NCBI GenBank assembly: GCA_020184695.1
Contig: JAANOX010000190.1
Coordinates: 186,744 to 250,743, forward strand
DNA length: 64,000 bases
Direction of reading: 5' to 3'
Source: Histomonas meleagridis 2922-C6/04-290x
Lineage: Eukaryota > Protista > Parabasalia
Position 1 is the stretch's first letter; each line of letters opens with the position of its first letter. This document shows, one piece after another, positions 52,061-64,000 of the stretch. The position numbers and the translations under genes are program-made. The notes beneath the pieces are model-generated. The model had not been told where the DNA came from and searched no databases. It worked only from the letters and a program-made list of their open reading frames with translations.

Positions 52061-53626
52061 TTATTATCAATGTCTAACTATTTCACAAATTTGAACAAAA
52101 TATTTTTCCAGACACCTCCCAAATGGTAATCTTTTTCTTCAAAAATTATTATGTATATGCTTTATATATGGAAAGTTGCATGCACTTACACTCAAGTAGA
52201 TATTCTTACAATTTTTTCATACTTTATTTTGATTAATAAACTAAAGATGTGCATTAAGTCTTTTATTTCATATTTTGGGAACACAATGAAATGAAAATAT
52301 TAACAGAATAATCAAATTATAAAAAGGTAAAAGAAATGCAATTTTTATATTTTTGGAAATAACAATTAATAAACAAAAAACATTTAAATACACTATAAAT
52401 ATCTTTAGAAGATGCCAAGCGCGCGTTGGTAATAATCTTGCATGTTTTTCAGCTCCTTCATATTTCCCATAAAGTCGAAGTGCGATTTCTTCTTCACTGA
52501 TCCCTTGGCAGCAATACGAGTCAATACCTTCGCGTCTCCAATAATATCCTGAAATAAGAAATGGATAATGTTCAGATACATACAAATGACCTTCGTCAAC
52601 AACTTTCGAATCTGAAATATATTCTGAAAATTCTTCGTATTTAGAATACCCTTCAATTTGGAGATATCCACTTCCTGTGTATTTCGTATTAATATCTTCT
52701 TTGGTGTTATGTGTATATAATCCAAAATTCGATTTATATGCACAGTGACTTATGAAACGTAAAAATGATTGTCGACTACTGATGAACTCTTCAACGCATT
52801 TCTGAAGATCGCTGACAATGGCTTCTGACGTATTATACCATCCAAACGCAGATAATTGCGATGCTGTTACTGTTGTTGTCCAACTTGGCAATGGCGTCGG
52901 AGCTGGAGTTGGCGATGATGGCGGCGGCGCTTCTGTTGGAGTATATGTGTTTGATTGCGTAAATGCTTCTGTTGGAGAAAATGTTTTAGAAGGAGTAGCT
53001 GTCGGTGATTTAGAAGGAGAAGCTGTTGGCGATTTAGAAGGAGTAGCTGTGGGTGATTTCGAAGGTGAAGCTGTCGGTGATCGTGATGGTGTTGGAAGTG
53101 GAACTGGAATTAAGAGAACTTCTCCAACATAAAGTGTGTATGGGTATGCTTTCATATTGGATATTGCAAGATCTTCCGTTGTGAGTCCATAGTTTGCTGC
53201 AATCACTGAAAGCGAATCACCTGATTTAACTGTATATGTAACATATGTTCTTTTCGCTTCTTTAATATTAAGAACTTGTCCAACTGTAATGAAGTCTGGA
53301 TTTGAAATTCCGTTCCATTCTTGAATTTGTGCAATTGTGACACTAAAAAGTTGTGCAATTGATGTTAATGTATCACCAGATCTTACTGTATATGTTATTG
53401 CAACTGAATTTGCCGCTGTTAATAGAATCAAAAACATTTTTGAAAGAATTGTGAACCGAATTTCTCTTTTGAAGCATTCCGTTTTTATTGAATTTTTTTT
53501 TTGTTAACTTTTTCAGTTAATTAACTAGTCAATAAATATCGCTCGACTAAGTTTTTCATTATAGAAACAATAGTATTATATGATATTGGTGAGCAAACGC
53601 TTGTTATTGTGCGAGAATATTCTCTT
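52061..53626 (-). repeat. Inverted segmental duplicate of 31988-33971 joined to an inverted copy of 37905-37976
   Basis: Reverse-complement identity of promoter, CDS and 3' flank; 52061-52132 is an exact reverse complement of 37905-37976. Confidence 0.9.
52405..53437 (-). CDS. LysM x2 - linker (4 repeats) - GH19-like protein, copy 3
   Basis: Open through the GH19-like domain; one extra A (plus-strand T5 52445-49) shifts the last ~14 codons; the homologous stop is at 52405-07. Confidence 0.8.
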
Positions 53627-53715
53627 CTATTTATTATCTTCTATTTTCTCAAGTGGAAAAAGAATGAATTTTAATTTGCATATTAACAGTTATATAAATA
53701 ATTTACAAACAAATA

Positions 53716-55947
53716 TTATAGCTGCCTCAGCCTCTTCAGCAATGCATTTGTGTTGTATGCCTTCTCTATTGCCCTTGCCTGTTCTTCTATATTCGGCACA
53801 GGTATTTCCGGAAGGGCAAAGTACCATTGATCGCCTCTTGACCCGTCACTTTCTTCACACGCGTTCTCAGCTTGTTCATTCTCACAATTCTCATTTTCAT
53901 AATTTTCAGGTTCCTCATTAACATAATTCTCAGTTTGTTCATTATCATAACTCACATTATCCATATTAACATTTTGTGAATTTTCGCGTTGTCTTATTTC
54001 TTCCTGTGGAATTTGCACCGATATATCACTAAACAAATCCGATGCGTCGTCGTCAGGAATAACTTTTGCTTTCAAGTTACCATTTATGATTATAGCATAA
54101 AGGTCCATCATATGATTAATTGCTTTTCTCTTTATAAGCTTTGCCTTATGCATTTCGTTGATTTCTTTTTCGGGCCATTCCATTTCAAGTTTCGGTCCTC
54201 GATTCATTACAGTTTCGAAGAATGTTTCATATGCTTTACCGGAATCAATTCCATTATTAGCAAATACAATTTTGCAAAGTGTTTTGTTCGATACAAGGAA
54301 CTTCCCAAGTGCCAAAAGTCCTTGTGAACCAAAATCATTATTACTAACATCAAGGAATTTAAGCGTTTGATTCTTTTTTAGATTAGAAAAAAGTATTTGT
54401 GCTGAATCTTCAAGTTGTGCATGTTTTGTTCCTTTTATTGTTAATGATTCTATTGTTTTCTTTGCATTTAGAAACTCTGTTAAAACATTTAATATGGAAT
54501 TCGAATTAGATGAAAAACATCCGTTTAAAACTATTGTTGTGAGATTAGAACAAATATGTAAATATTGGAATAATTGCGTTTGAACATTGTTTTCAGACCA
54601 TATAAATTGAACAAGTGATTGACTTGGAGGAATGCTTTGGATTTTATGGTAAAATTGATTCCATTGTTCAAGTTGAATATGAGACGATGACAAGGAAACC
54701 GTTAACTTTCTTGATGTTGGTTGGTGAGTCATAATAGTTTTGAAGATAGTCGAGAAAGATTGTCCTTCCCATGTAATGTCTTCGAGCATGATTGTGCTCA
54801 GTTGTAGAGGCAATTGTGGGGCCTGTAAATTAGTTGGAGCAGATCCTCCTTTGATTTCAAGATATTCTAGTTTTGTTCTGGATAATAATTGGCACAGCTT
54901 TCCAACATCTACATCACATTCAATGAGTGAAATTTTTTTGAGAGATGGAAGCATTTGAAAAATTGTATCTAAATTTAAATCTCGAGTTTTTTTGATTGTG
55001 AGTGCTTTCAAAGATAATAGCGCAAGACAAATTGATTCATACATTAAGAATTGTTGAAAAACAGGACCACACATTGAATTATCAAAATCAAGTTCTTCAA
55101 ATGGAATTGATCTAAATAGTTTTTCCAAAACAGGGAAATGATCTACTTGGAAGTTAGCTCTGCAAAAAGTGATTTTTTTAAGTTTTCCTTGAGGATTAGA
55201 AGCTAATGCTTCTGCAACTCGTTCTAAGTCCTTTGATGCTGGATCATTAGTAACAACATGATTTAATGTTGTATTTCGCCGAAGGCAATTCGCTAATGAG
55301 GTCCAACATGGGGTATATTGAGCAATTGGAAGAATCAATGTGAAAATAGTTGGCTCGATTTGAAGGCAATCAAGAAGTATATCAGTGAACCCATCGAAAT
55401 TAGGTAATAAGCCTATGTCTAATGTGTGTGTTTTACATATAATTTTTGATAATCTTGTTTCAAGTGCTTTTGGAAATTTTTTGACATGAAGTAATCGCAG
55501 CTGGAACCTAAATCGATTAATGAAAGCTTCATGTTGATGTTCAACTTCAGTAAAAGAATCATCTAAATTAACAAATTCAGGATATTCAGATGGAATTAAA
55601 ACATTCTTGATATGCTTAATTATTAACTTAAGAAGGTATTCAGCTCCACGGTGAGTGATCGTATATGTTTCAATATTGGACGATCCTGAGAATATGAAGG
55701 TTTCTTTATCAACAAGTTCGATTTTTTTGAGATTGTTCCAAAAAAGTTGACCAACTACAGAGAGGTTTTTGGAAAATGTTCCTCTCTCAAGAATGAAAAA
55801 TCCAAATTCTGAAACAAGCATACATGCATTTATTTTTTTGTTTTTTCTTCCTGTATGGATTACATTAACACAACATATAACTTTTTCGTCTTCAAGGAGT
55901 CCTGCAATTGGAGCAACAGCATCCAAAAGATCCCTTTCTATTTCCAT
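53716..55947 (-). CDS. Leucine-rich repeat protein, CARMIL/RNI-like
   Basis: N-terminal PH-like region, RNI-type LRRs (LKFLDVSNNDFGSQGLLALGKFL), acidic tail; ATG 55947. Confidence 0.75.
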   Translation of the reverse strand: MEIERDLLDAVAPIAGLLEDEKVICCVNVIHTGRKNKKINACMLVSEFGFFILERGTFSKNLSVVGQLFWNNLKKIELVDKETFIFSGSSNIETYTITHRGAEYLLKLIIKHIKNVLIPSEYPEFVNLDDSFTEVEHQHEAFINRFRFQLRLLHVKKFPKALETRLSKIICKTHTLDIGLLPNFDGFTDILLDCLQIEPTIFTLILPIAQYTPCWTSLANCLRRNTTLNHVVTNDPASKDLERVAEALASNPQGKLKKITFCRANFQVDHFPVLEKLFRSIPFEELDFDNSMCGPVFQQFLMYESICLALLSLKALTIKKTRDLNLDTIFQMLPSLKKISLIECDVDVGKLCQLLSRTKLEYLEIKGGSAPTNLQAPQLPLQLSTIMLEDITWEGQSFSTIFKTIMTHQPTSRKLTVSLSSSHIQLEQWNQFYHKIQSIPPSQSLVQFIWSENNVQTQLFQYLHICSNLTTIVLNGCFSSNSNSILNVLTEFLNAKKTIESLTIKGTKHAQLEDSAQILFSNLKKNQTLKFLDVSNNDFGSQGLLALGKFLVSNKTLCKIVFANNGIDSGKAYETFFETVMNRGPKLEMEWPEKEINEMHKAKLIKRKAINHMMDLYAIIINGNLKAKVIPDDDASDLFSDISVQIPQEEIRQRENSQNVNMDNVSYDNEQTENYVNEEPENYENENCENEQAENACEESDGSRGDQWYFALPEIPVPNIEEQARAIEKAYNTNALLKRLRQL

Positions 55948-57241
55948 TTTCCCCAAAGTACACTACTGAATTTTTGAATGCAATTGAATCGCATTGTAAT
56001 TCTTTTTTTGTGAGTGATGAAATCTATACGTATTCAAAATTGATTGTGTTTTGGAATATTTTTTCAATTTTGAATGTTTAATAACCGATACAACTGTGAG
56101 GCACAATGAAATCATATTTTCTTCACAATGAAATTAATTTACTTTTTAATGTGCCCATACTTAAAAATCGACATCTGCGCAATTATTACACACATGTCTA
56201 TATGAAAAATTTGAATATTTTTATTGCATTATAAAATGGATCTTAATTACGACATTTCAAAATTACACCTAAAAATGTATGGGAAAATTCGTAATCATAA
56301 TTGAAGAATTTGGAATGATTGATATAATGATTTGTGATGAACCAACCTAAGTTACAAAAAGCAAAAAAAATGAAACTGTTTATTATCAATGTGTTTGTTT
56401 TGGCCTTGTCGGTGCTTGGCATTACAAGTCAAGAGAGTTCAAATTCATTACCACAATAAACACAATGCATACACCAACTACTGCAATCACAAAAATAGCT
56501 ATGACGAAAGAAATTAATTGGGGACATTATTTTCAAAATTAAGGAGCATAGCATTTTTTTAGAGCTATCAATTCTACGAAACATTAAGCATTTGTGGTGA
56601 TCCATAGGTTGATACAAAATTTGCAAAATTGAATTTTAAAATAAATATACAAAATTTAATATAAATATTACATCATCCAAAGCCTAAGCTCACATGGCTA
56701 TCATAGAAAGTATGTGTTCGAGTGATCTGGATGCTTCTCACACAATATAAATGATATTTTGTTACTTCAAAATCAGTTGGATGGTTATTATTCAGAGCGA
56801 AATTAAATTGAATCGAATTGGGTTGACAAATAAATTTCATTATATCCAAGTAGTAATAAAAATTTCCTTCGATTACATGAAATGTGTTGATATTCATAAT
56901 ATATATTCAATAATTAGATTTGTATTATCTGGTGTATATATTTACAATAGGTATTAGTATTAAAGTTAGAAAAATTTGAAATAGTTTTTGTTGGGTTCCG
57001 CCAAAATTCACGAAATCCTGGCGGTTGCTGTAATTCAATTGAATGAAACAACACCAAAATTCAATAAAGTTGTTGTAAAAACAATGCTTCAAAAAAATCG
57101 CTTTTGATTTTGGGTTGTTGTCAAATTCAATTTCAATTACAACGGCTCGTTTCGAACCGATTCTGTTCAATTTTTTATCAAAAAATTCAATTTCTGAACG
57201 AATTCAAATATTAACGGTTTACTATAATTCTGTCCATTATC

Positions 57242-58861
57242 ATGATTCTTGCTCTGCTCATAATGCCTTCATTTCAAGAATATTTTGATGACAACTCCAC
57301 TTTAATAGTATATGAGCAAGAAGATCTTGTGAATTCAAGTGATATTAATCACATTTTCATATATGGCGGAGTTACAGATATTGGATCATGGAAATTCGAA
57401 GATAACATTAACCTGTTGACAATATACATAGGAGATTCTGTCGAAACAATTAGGCAAGGGGCATTTTTTCGATGTTCAAATTTGTCATCAGTTACGTTCG
57501 GTAATTCGATCACAACAATAGCTGAATATGCTTTTAGTGAATGCAAAACCTTATTCAATGTTACATTACCTGATGCAGTGACTTTTCTTGGAACTGTAGC
57601 ATTTGCTTATTGCTCAAATTTGACACTTTTAGTTCTCAGCAAGCAACTTCAAGCGATTCAAGAACGAACATTTAAATTTTGTGCGAATTTGCAAAGTGTT
57701 ACTATTCCTGATTTAGTAACATTTATAGGTGAAGAAGCTTTTTATGATTGTCCAAGCTTAACAACATTAACCATAGGGGAAAATGTGAGGACAATTGGAG
57801 ATAGAGCATTTAAGAATTGCAACAATTTACTTAATGTTACGATTCCGGATTCAGTTACTTCAATAGGCCAAGAGGCGTTCTATAATTGCACAAGTTTAAT
57901 TACATTAATCATTGGAGATGGCCTTACGGAACTTCGAGGTGACAAATTTATGTATTGTTCAAATTTAGAAACACTTATCATTGGAGATAACATTACATCG
58001 ATTGGATCCGAATCATTCGATGGATGCGTAAACTTAAAAACAGTTATACTTGGAGAAAGTGTTGAATCTTTTGGTGTTCGAGCATTCCGCGGCTGCACCA
58101 ACATCGAAACAATTTATTTTTACGGATATAACCAGCCAACGTTTGGATCAGAGTCATTTCTTAATGTTAATGCAATAGTTATAACTAATGATGAATACGA
58201 AGGAACATTTAATGGAATGACAACAATCAAAATCGGAGATCTAAACCCGATGCAGACATTCACAAGTTCGAACACATATTCTCAATCAGACACTTACACC
58301 AAGTCGAACACATATACGAAATCAAATACATTCATAAGTTCGGATACATTCACACGTTCGAATGCATTCACGACTTCTTATAATGTCGATTTCACGCTCA
58401 CAGTTACGTATTTGTTATCAGTCACAAACTCGTTTTCTATATATAATTCCACGAAGTTGAACACATTCACTTTGTCATTACTTGAGTCTGCGCGTACTTA
58501 TGTTCCGATGGTGATTATAATCTATGAGTATACAATTGTTCGGTATCCGACGTATTACGAATATTATTCCAATTTCTTTATAGCTGCGAATGATAATTTG
58601 GAGGATGTCAACGATAACAAAACGAGTCTTCACGTTATTGTCGGAGTTGTTATCGCTGTTGTTGTTGCATTTGTGATTGCTATAGTTTTTGTTGTTGTGA
58701 TGCGTAAGCAGAAATATGTTTCATCAGAGATATCGAACAAAGATGAAAAGCAGAACAAAGTCGAAATGATGGATACTGTTTCGGGATTATCGCTCGATCA
58801 TATTGGAGAAGATCCATTCGCAACTGATTTCCAAGAGGAAAATTTATTTAATATAACTTAA
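57242..58861 (+). CDS. BspA-like TpLRR surface protein, intact
   Basis: Signal peptide, about 10 TpLRR repeats (VTIPDSVTSIGQEAFYNCTSL), YTKSNT stalk, TM, DPFATDFQEE tail. Confidence 0.92.
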   Translation: MILALLIMPSFQEYFDDNSTLIVYEQEDLVNSSDINHIFIYGGVTDIGSWKFEDNINLLTIYIGDSVETIRQGAFFRCSNLSSVTFGNSITTIAEYAFSECKTLFNVTLPDAVTFLGTVAFAYCSNLTLLVLSKQLQAIQERTFKFCANLQSVTIPDLVTFIGEEAFYDCPSLTTLTIGENVRTIGDRAFKNCNNLLNVTIPDSVTSIGQEAFYNCTSLITLIIGDGLTELRGDKFMYCSNLETLIIGDNITSIGSESFDGCVNLKTVILGESVESFGVRAFRGCTNIETIYFYGYNQPTFGSESFLNVNAIVITNDEYEGTFNGMTTIKIGDLNPMQTFTSSNTYSQSDTYTKSNTYTKSNTFISSDTFTRSNAFTTSYNVDFTLTVTYLLSVTNSFSIYNSTKLNTFTLSLLESARTYVPMVIIIYEYTIVRYPTYYEYYSNFFIAANDNLEDVNDNKTSLHVIVGVVIAVVVAFVIAIVFVVVMRKQKYVSSEISNKDEKQNKVEMMDTVSGLSLDHIGEDPFATDFQEENLFNIT

Positions 58862-59223
58862 GGACATTTTGCGTCTTCTTTGTGTGTAATTTTGGCGTTT
58901 TTTATGTTGTAACATGTTGCGAATTATGCGCAAGATGAAAATGTTTATTTTGTATTCATAATTTACAAGAAGAATCCAATGTTGAACAACATATTAAATT
59001 TACATTAAGTGAGAAAAGCCTAAATTTTCCAATTCAAAACATAATGGATGAATTTGATCCAAATTTTTCATATTTATATAAAATAATTATCGATAATTTA
59101 GTTTATTGTCGATTTTATTCAAATGTTTAAGTATGGTATTTATATAATTTTTTGAAATATTTCTTATTCACAAAAGGAATTCTATGGATTTATTCTTTGA
59201 AACAATGTTTTAGTTCTCCTTAC

Positions 59224-59831
59224 TTAGTGATTTAGTGATTTAACTGTGAAGCGATTTCCGATGTAATTACCATTGGCTATTTCATCAATCATTGCAACAG
59301 CATAATCAGAATTTGATATTTTGCTTTCACCTTTTTATATGAATATTGTTTCATTACCACTTAACCTAAACTTACCTTGTTTTTCACCTGGATAAATTTC
59401 CATTGATGAGCATAATACTGTTCCTGGAACAACCTTTTGCTCCAAAACAAGTGTAAGCAATTTAGCATATATGCTGGTGGGAAATCCATATTTCGAGTAC
59501 CATTAGTTATGAGTGTACCTGCACCACCAACAGCAAGAAGACGACGTGCATCAACTTTTTTAGCTGCTTCAATTATATTCTTTGTTGAATTCACTTGAAG
59601 TTCTTCCATTTTTTCAAATGTTGAATTTTTTGGTTGACAGTAAACATGAACAGCAATTTCAACGCCTTTTAATGCATTTTCAAGTTCATGTAAATTAAAA
59701 ATGTCTACTGAAACATATGTGCATTTTCCTTTTGGTAATTCTTTTGATGGATTCCTGCTAATATCTATCGAATCATAGCCTCTTGAAACAGTTTTTTCGA
59801 ATATGTTAGCACCAATAACAGCAACTTTCAT
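59224..59831 (-). pseudogene. Bacterial-type NAD(P)H-binding (YwnB-like/atypical SDR) protein, disrupted
   Basis: MKVAVIGA, RRLLAVGGAGTL, PGEKQGKFRL, SKISNSDYAVAMIDEI..NRFTV; deletions, a frameshift and an in-frame TAA. Confidence 0.75.
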
Positions 59832-60449
59832 ATTAAGAAATGGAGTGATTCTTTCTTCGCACCCAAACTTGAATGCTCGACGACTGGCTGGACGCTGATT
59901 GCAATTTGTCAAAATCAAGCAATTATTGCCAAAAATTAATATGAATGATTTTAAAATCTTTAACTGTAATTCAAAATGTTTTTATTATTATATTATATAT
60001 ATTGATCAAATTTAAATTCAATTCACATTTGTTATATTAATATAAATATTATTATATATTGCTTTCAATAAATTCAATAAATAACACATTTAATGGATAT
60101 TTTTTAAAAAATATCAAAATAACGAATTCCAATCATTACTAAAATTTTTTAATAAGGTATCATGAATTGATGTATCAGAAACAGCGAGGTCAAGCAAAGC
60201 CCAAAGCATGCTTACCAAGTTTATTTTATATTTCATGTCATTCGGCTCGTTCAATTCCGTTCAATATTGAAAAAGTTGTTCAAAGGATTTGCGAGGTTTT
60301 ATCGGATAATTTACCGCAACCGATCAAGTGAAAAATCGGTAGTTGACACAAAAATGAAAGGAGACCTTTTTTTTTCTCAATTATCTAATGTCAGTTCAAT
60401 TGAAACTCATTCAAAAATGCTTGAAATTTTCATCACTTCACTTGTCTGA

Positions 60450-60932
60450 ATGCAGCTACATTTACGTGTGCTTGAAGCATTAGATATTGCCAAAATGGAC
60501 ATCAGCAAGTCCGATCCTTATTGCGTAATTAATGTAAGTTGTTCAAATGATACAAGGAAAACAAGAGTAATCGAAAATTCTCTTAAACCTATGTGGAATG
60601 AAGAATTCCATTTTAATATTCCAAGCCCTGCAAACACTACGCTCAAAATTTTAATGCGTGATGAGGATGTTCTTAAGGATGATGATATGGCAACACTTCA
60701 GGTTTAACTTTGCTCACTTCCAGTTGGTCAAGAAGTAGACCAATGGTATGATATGATCCCATGTGCAAAGGTTAAGAAGGGAGGACGTATTCATCTCGTA
60801 TTACATCTTGCTCCCAATGGTGCACCAGCATTCCAAAGTGCTCCTCCTCCACACGGTCCTCCACATGGTGGACCAGACCTTCTAGCAAGTGGACCTCCAT
60901 TTCCTGGTCCTGTTCTTGGACGACCATGGTAA
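60450..60932 (+). pseudogene. C2-domain protein with Pro-rich tail, one in-frame TAA
   Basis: KMDISKSDPYCVI, PMWNEEFHF, DEDVLKDDDMATLQV*LCSLPVGQEVDQWYDM..KKGGRIHLVLHL; TAA at 60705-07, same frame continues to TAA 60930-32. Confidence 0.75.
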
Positions 60933-61413
60933 AACTAAGTAAATCCAAACACAATTCCATTCTTTTTATTAGAAGAAAAGGAAGAAAATTTTTAAATATT
61001 TTTGTAAAAAAATATTTGATTTAAATACAGATTTTGCTTAAGAACTTATATATGCATCTACAAAATTGTACAATTTTTTGTTGCATTTCTTCTTAAAATG
61101 AACACTATTAATAGTACTAATAATTAAATTTGAATTTGAAAATATAAGACCATTTATGGAATGAACAAAGAAGAAGGTTAAAATTCTATAAGCTTAATGA
61201 TAATCTTTATTTATTTTCTAAATTATAAAGATGATGATCATCAAAAAAAATTTATAATCAATATTTTTTAATATCACTTAAAAAATAAAATCAAATTAGT
61301 TTAAATAAAGAAATAAGTCCATGGTTTGATATTAATATGTTTTTTATTTCCCAAAATCCAAGCTGGAAAAAATAGAATTGTAACGTGCTGTCACTTTTCG
61401 GTTATCATTTAAA

Positions 61414-62340
61414 ATGTCATGGCTTTCTGATCTTGATCAACTTATTGAGAAGCTTCGACGCTGCGAGTATCCTTCTGAGGGCGAAGTTCAAATTCTATGC
61501 CAAAAGGCAATTGAGGTACTTGCTGATGAACCTACAGTTAAAATGGTACCTGCACCAGTTACAATTTGCGGTGATATTCATGGACAGTTTTATGATTTAC
61601 GCGAATTATTCTTTGTTGGAGGAAATCCACCTGAAACAAATTATTTATTTATGGGCGATTATGTTGATCGTGGATTTTATTCTTTAGAAACTTTTCTTCT
61701 ACTTCTAGCATTGAAAGTTCGATACCCATCGAGAATGACAATGCTTAGAGGTAACCATGAATCACGTCAAACAACTCAAGCATATGGTTTTTATGATGAA
61801 TGTTTAAGGAAATATGGTAATCCGAATGTATGGAAAATGTGTACAGATGTGTTTGATTGTCTTACGTTATCAGCTGTTGTTGAAGGCCGCATTTTTTGTG
61901 TTCATGGAGGATTATCACCATCTATTACTTCATTAGATCAACTAAAAGCCCTTGAAAGAAGGCAAGAAATTCCTCATACTGGAGCAATTAGTGATCTCCT
62001 TTGGAGTGATCCAGAAGATTCAATTGAAGGATTTACAATTTCACCAAGAGGAGCTGGATATATCTTCGGACCCGATGTTGTCATGCATTTCAATCAGCAA
62101 AATAATCTTGAACTTGTTGCACGTTCACATCAGCTTGTTATGGAAGGATTCAAGTTGATGTTCAACGATCAACTTGTAACGGTTTGGAGTGCCCCAAATT
62201 ATTGCTATCGTTCTGGTAACGTCGCTTCAATTTTGGAAGTTGATGATACAATGGCTAAAAGTTTCAAAATATTTGAAGCTGCGCCTCAAAGCGAACGTGG
62301 AGGTGTTCCAGAAAGAACTCTTCCGGATTACTTCCTTTAA
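61414..62340 (+). CDS. PPP4C: Serine/threonine protein phosphatase 4 catalytic subunit
   Basis: GDIHGQ, GDYVDRG, RGNHES, SAPNYCY, C-terminal DYFL; PP4-like N-terminus [14 protein letters not shown]. Confidence 0.9.
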   Translation: MSWLSDLDQLIEKLRRCEYPSEGEVQILCQKAIEVLADEPTVKMVPAPVTICGDIHGQFYDLRELFFVGGNPPETNYLFMGDYVDRGFYSLETFLLLLALKVRYPSRMTMLRGNHESRQTTQAYGFYDECLRKYGNPNVWKMCTDVFDCLTLSAVVEGRIFCVHGGLSPSITSLDQLKALERRQEIPHTGAISDLLWSDPEDSIEGFTISPRGAGYIFGPDVVMHFNQQNNLELVARSHQLVMEGFKLMFNDQLVTVWSAPNYCYRSGNVASILEVDDTMAKSFKIFEAAPQSERGGVPERTLPDYFL

Positions 62341-62763
62341 GGAGTTGAGACACAACTGTTGATGTTGGTACAATACAATTAATCAAAATATTAGTATTAA
62401 GTATAAATTCCTATCCACGCAAATGAATTCTTTGATCATTTATAATCTTTTATAGAGAAAAAGTGAAATCCGAAAATATTTGACACAATTATTCATATCA
62501 AGTCATTGAATTTCAAGTGAATAAAATTTTTTTAACAACAAATCTTTTCAGCTTTCATTATATTATTTAAAAGTGCTGTTAAAAGCATTTTATTCTTGTG
62601 TTTTGCTTGTACACTTTAAATATCGATTGAAAGATTCGATGATTGAATTAAAAAAATTTAAAGAAAACAATAGGCTTATTATCTTTTAACCGTATGAATT
62701 TTAACTTTTGTATTGGCCGATGTGTATTTGGTAAAGGTCTTCAATTATATTTCATCTTGAAAA

Positions 62764-63240
62764 ATGAAAATCCTTCAATTCCTCCTCATTTTGCAGGTCT
62801 CAAAGCAATTTATAACTCATATGAAGCTTAAATCTCCATTTTTCAAACAAATAAAATTTTTGCATATGCCAAAAGGCAGAAACAAAGAAGAACTTGCTCA
62901 TGCTCATAACGTGGATGTTCCAATCTTTGAAACCATAACCAAAAAAAAATTAATTTTTTGCAATATTTCCACAGAGTTCACCAAATGTCATTTAGATGCA
63001 AAACTCATCTTAAAAAATATATGTGCGATGCCAATGAACCATGTTTTAATTCCCAAGCAAAAACTTTTAGAATCAGATTTTACAATATCTCATAAACAAT
63101 CAAGTGAAATCATTACATTTGATCAAGCTATCCTTCCCCTACAAACAGTGGACCAACGATAGCGGCTTATATCAAATTCCTTCAGAAAAAAGTTTATCAA
63201 AAAGATGATGAATTGAAAACAAAAGAAAACAAAACTAAAA
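62764..63240 (+). pseudogene. Decayed homolog of the orphan segment at 1378-2016
   Basis: The end, in a shifted frame, reads GPTIAAYIKFLQKK..LKTKENKTKN, directly upstream of a BspA gene. Confidence 0.35.
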
Positions 63241-63276
63241 ATTTTTAGTTCATTTTTTGTTTTAGTTCATTTTTTC

Positions 63277-64000
63277 ATGAATTCTTATCAAATAATTTTC
63301 AATTATGATAATTCAACGCTTTTAATCGAAAATTATGATGATTTTAATAATATGAATATTTCTTCAAATATGACTGAAAATATTATTTTTGGTGAAAACA
63401 TTACTATAATTCCAAGTAGCACATTTATTGAATGGACATTTGTTGTTTGTGTCAATTTTAGTAATTCAGTAACAAACATTGGATCCGCAGCATTTTCAAA
63501 TTGTTATAATTTAACAATTTTGACACTTGGCACAGGATTAATAAATTTTGGAGAGAAGATATTTGCAAATTGTATATCACTAATAAATATTACAATTCCA
63601 AATTCAGTTCAATTCAATGGAACATCAGCATTTTCAGGATGTTATGGGTTAAAGATAATAACACTTGGCCCAGGATTATCAGTGATTGCAAATGGTGCAT
63701 TTTCGCAATGTTATAATCTTAAATGTATTTATTATTACGGTACTTTACCACCATCGATTGGAGGAAGTGCATTTTCTTCAGTTAATGCAACAGTACTTAC
63801 ATATCCAACATTTGAAAATGCAAAATTTGGTTCATTTACATTTAATGATTATGAAGGAGGAGTATGCATACCATTGTTTACACATTCATTTTCAAGTTCA
63901 AATACATATACACGATCAAACTCATTCAGTAAATCAAATACATATACGCAATCGAATATATTCACAAATTCAAATGCATTCACTAAGTCGAATACATTTA
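63277..64000 (+). CDS. BspA-like TpLRR surface protein, 3' truncated by window end
   Basis: Open frame from ATG 63277 to the end: VTNIGSAAFSNCYNL, ITIPNSV, LKCIYYYG, SNTYT stalk. Confidence 0.85.
   Translation, partial: MNSYQIIFNYDNSTLLIENYDDFNNMNISSNMTENIIFGENITIIPSSTFIEWTFVVCVNFSNSVTNIGSAAFSNCYNLTILTLGTGLINFGEKIFANCISLINITIPNSVQFNGTSAFSGCYGLKIITLGPGLSVIANGAFSQCYNLKCIYYYGTLPPSIGGSAFSSVNATVLTYPTFENAKFGSFTFNDYEGGVCIPLFTHSFSSSNTYTRSNSFSKSNTYTQSNIFTNSNAFTKSNTF

Noticed and set aside
508-52449. Programmed +1 frameshifting at recurrent T5/A5 runs (508, 2170, 2240, 2252, 8174, 33378, 49188, 49258, 52445)
   Set aside because: All are single-base homopolymer gains in multicopy families, and LysM paralogs differ at the same site. 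Long-read consensus error or neutral slippage is more parsimonious; read pileups would settle it.
56370-57000. Signal-peptide-led secreted gene
   Set aside because: It stops after 29 codons with many further stops and no recognisable domain; at most an unidentifiable relic.
60705-60707. TAA reassigned to Gln (alternative genetic code)
   Set aside because: Many intact genes here (RPL32, UTP13, PP4c, alpha-actinin, BspA) terminate at TAA.
63243-63276. 17-nt tandem duplication TTTTAGTTCATTTTTT(G/C) as another skip element
   Set aside because: Removing one unit does not join the upstream segment in frame to the BspA ATG; it looks like an ordinary slippage duplication.
1-64000. Bacterial origin / alternative start codons from the ORF track
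   Set aside because: Gene content (RPL32e, actinin, Vps33, PP4) and promoters are eukaryotic; TTG/GTG starts were replaced with the first plausible ATG.

Overview
AT-rich, gene-dense, apparently intron-poor eukaryotic nuclear DNA. It is most likely from a parabasalid (trichomonad; a Tritrichomonas/Histomonas-like organism is an inference). Support: Inr and M3/M5 core promoters, BspA-type LRR surface proteins, DUF3447-type ankyrin genes, alpha-actinin and a Cys-poor small Tim. Housekeeping genes (WDR27, RPL32, ProRS, Vps33, RNase H2B, UTP13, alpha-actinin, exportin-7-like, PP4c, tRNA-Leu) alternate with accessory multicopy families (BspA, LysM-GH19, ankyrin) and a Merlin DNA transposon. Main observation: two ankyrin genes (6633-8954 and 34550-37835) look like frameshifted pseudogenes but are cryptically continuous. 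Between intact ~90-nt ankyrin blocks, every AT-rich spacer resolves into 20-nt units of a 17-nt non-coding T/A-rich element plus one codon. Removing the 17-mers rebuilds textbook ankyrin beta-hairpins (KD-EYGK-TAL, KD-KNGK-TAL, KD-DDGR-TAL, CN-KYGQ-TAL, CD-DNGE-TLL, KD-KEGR-TAL) and full ORFs of about 614 and 828 aa. None of the 74 internal single-codon slots is a stop, and gene 2 ends at a TAA in a slot. The 17-mers lack GT-AG/AT-AC ends, so an unknown splicing, bypassing, editing or DNA-excision mechanism is implied. The mechanism and expression are inference and need RNA/protein data.
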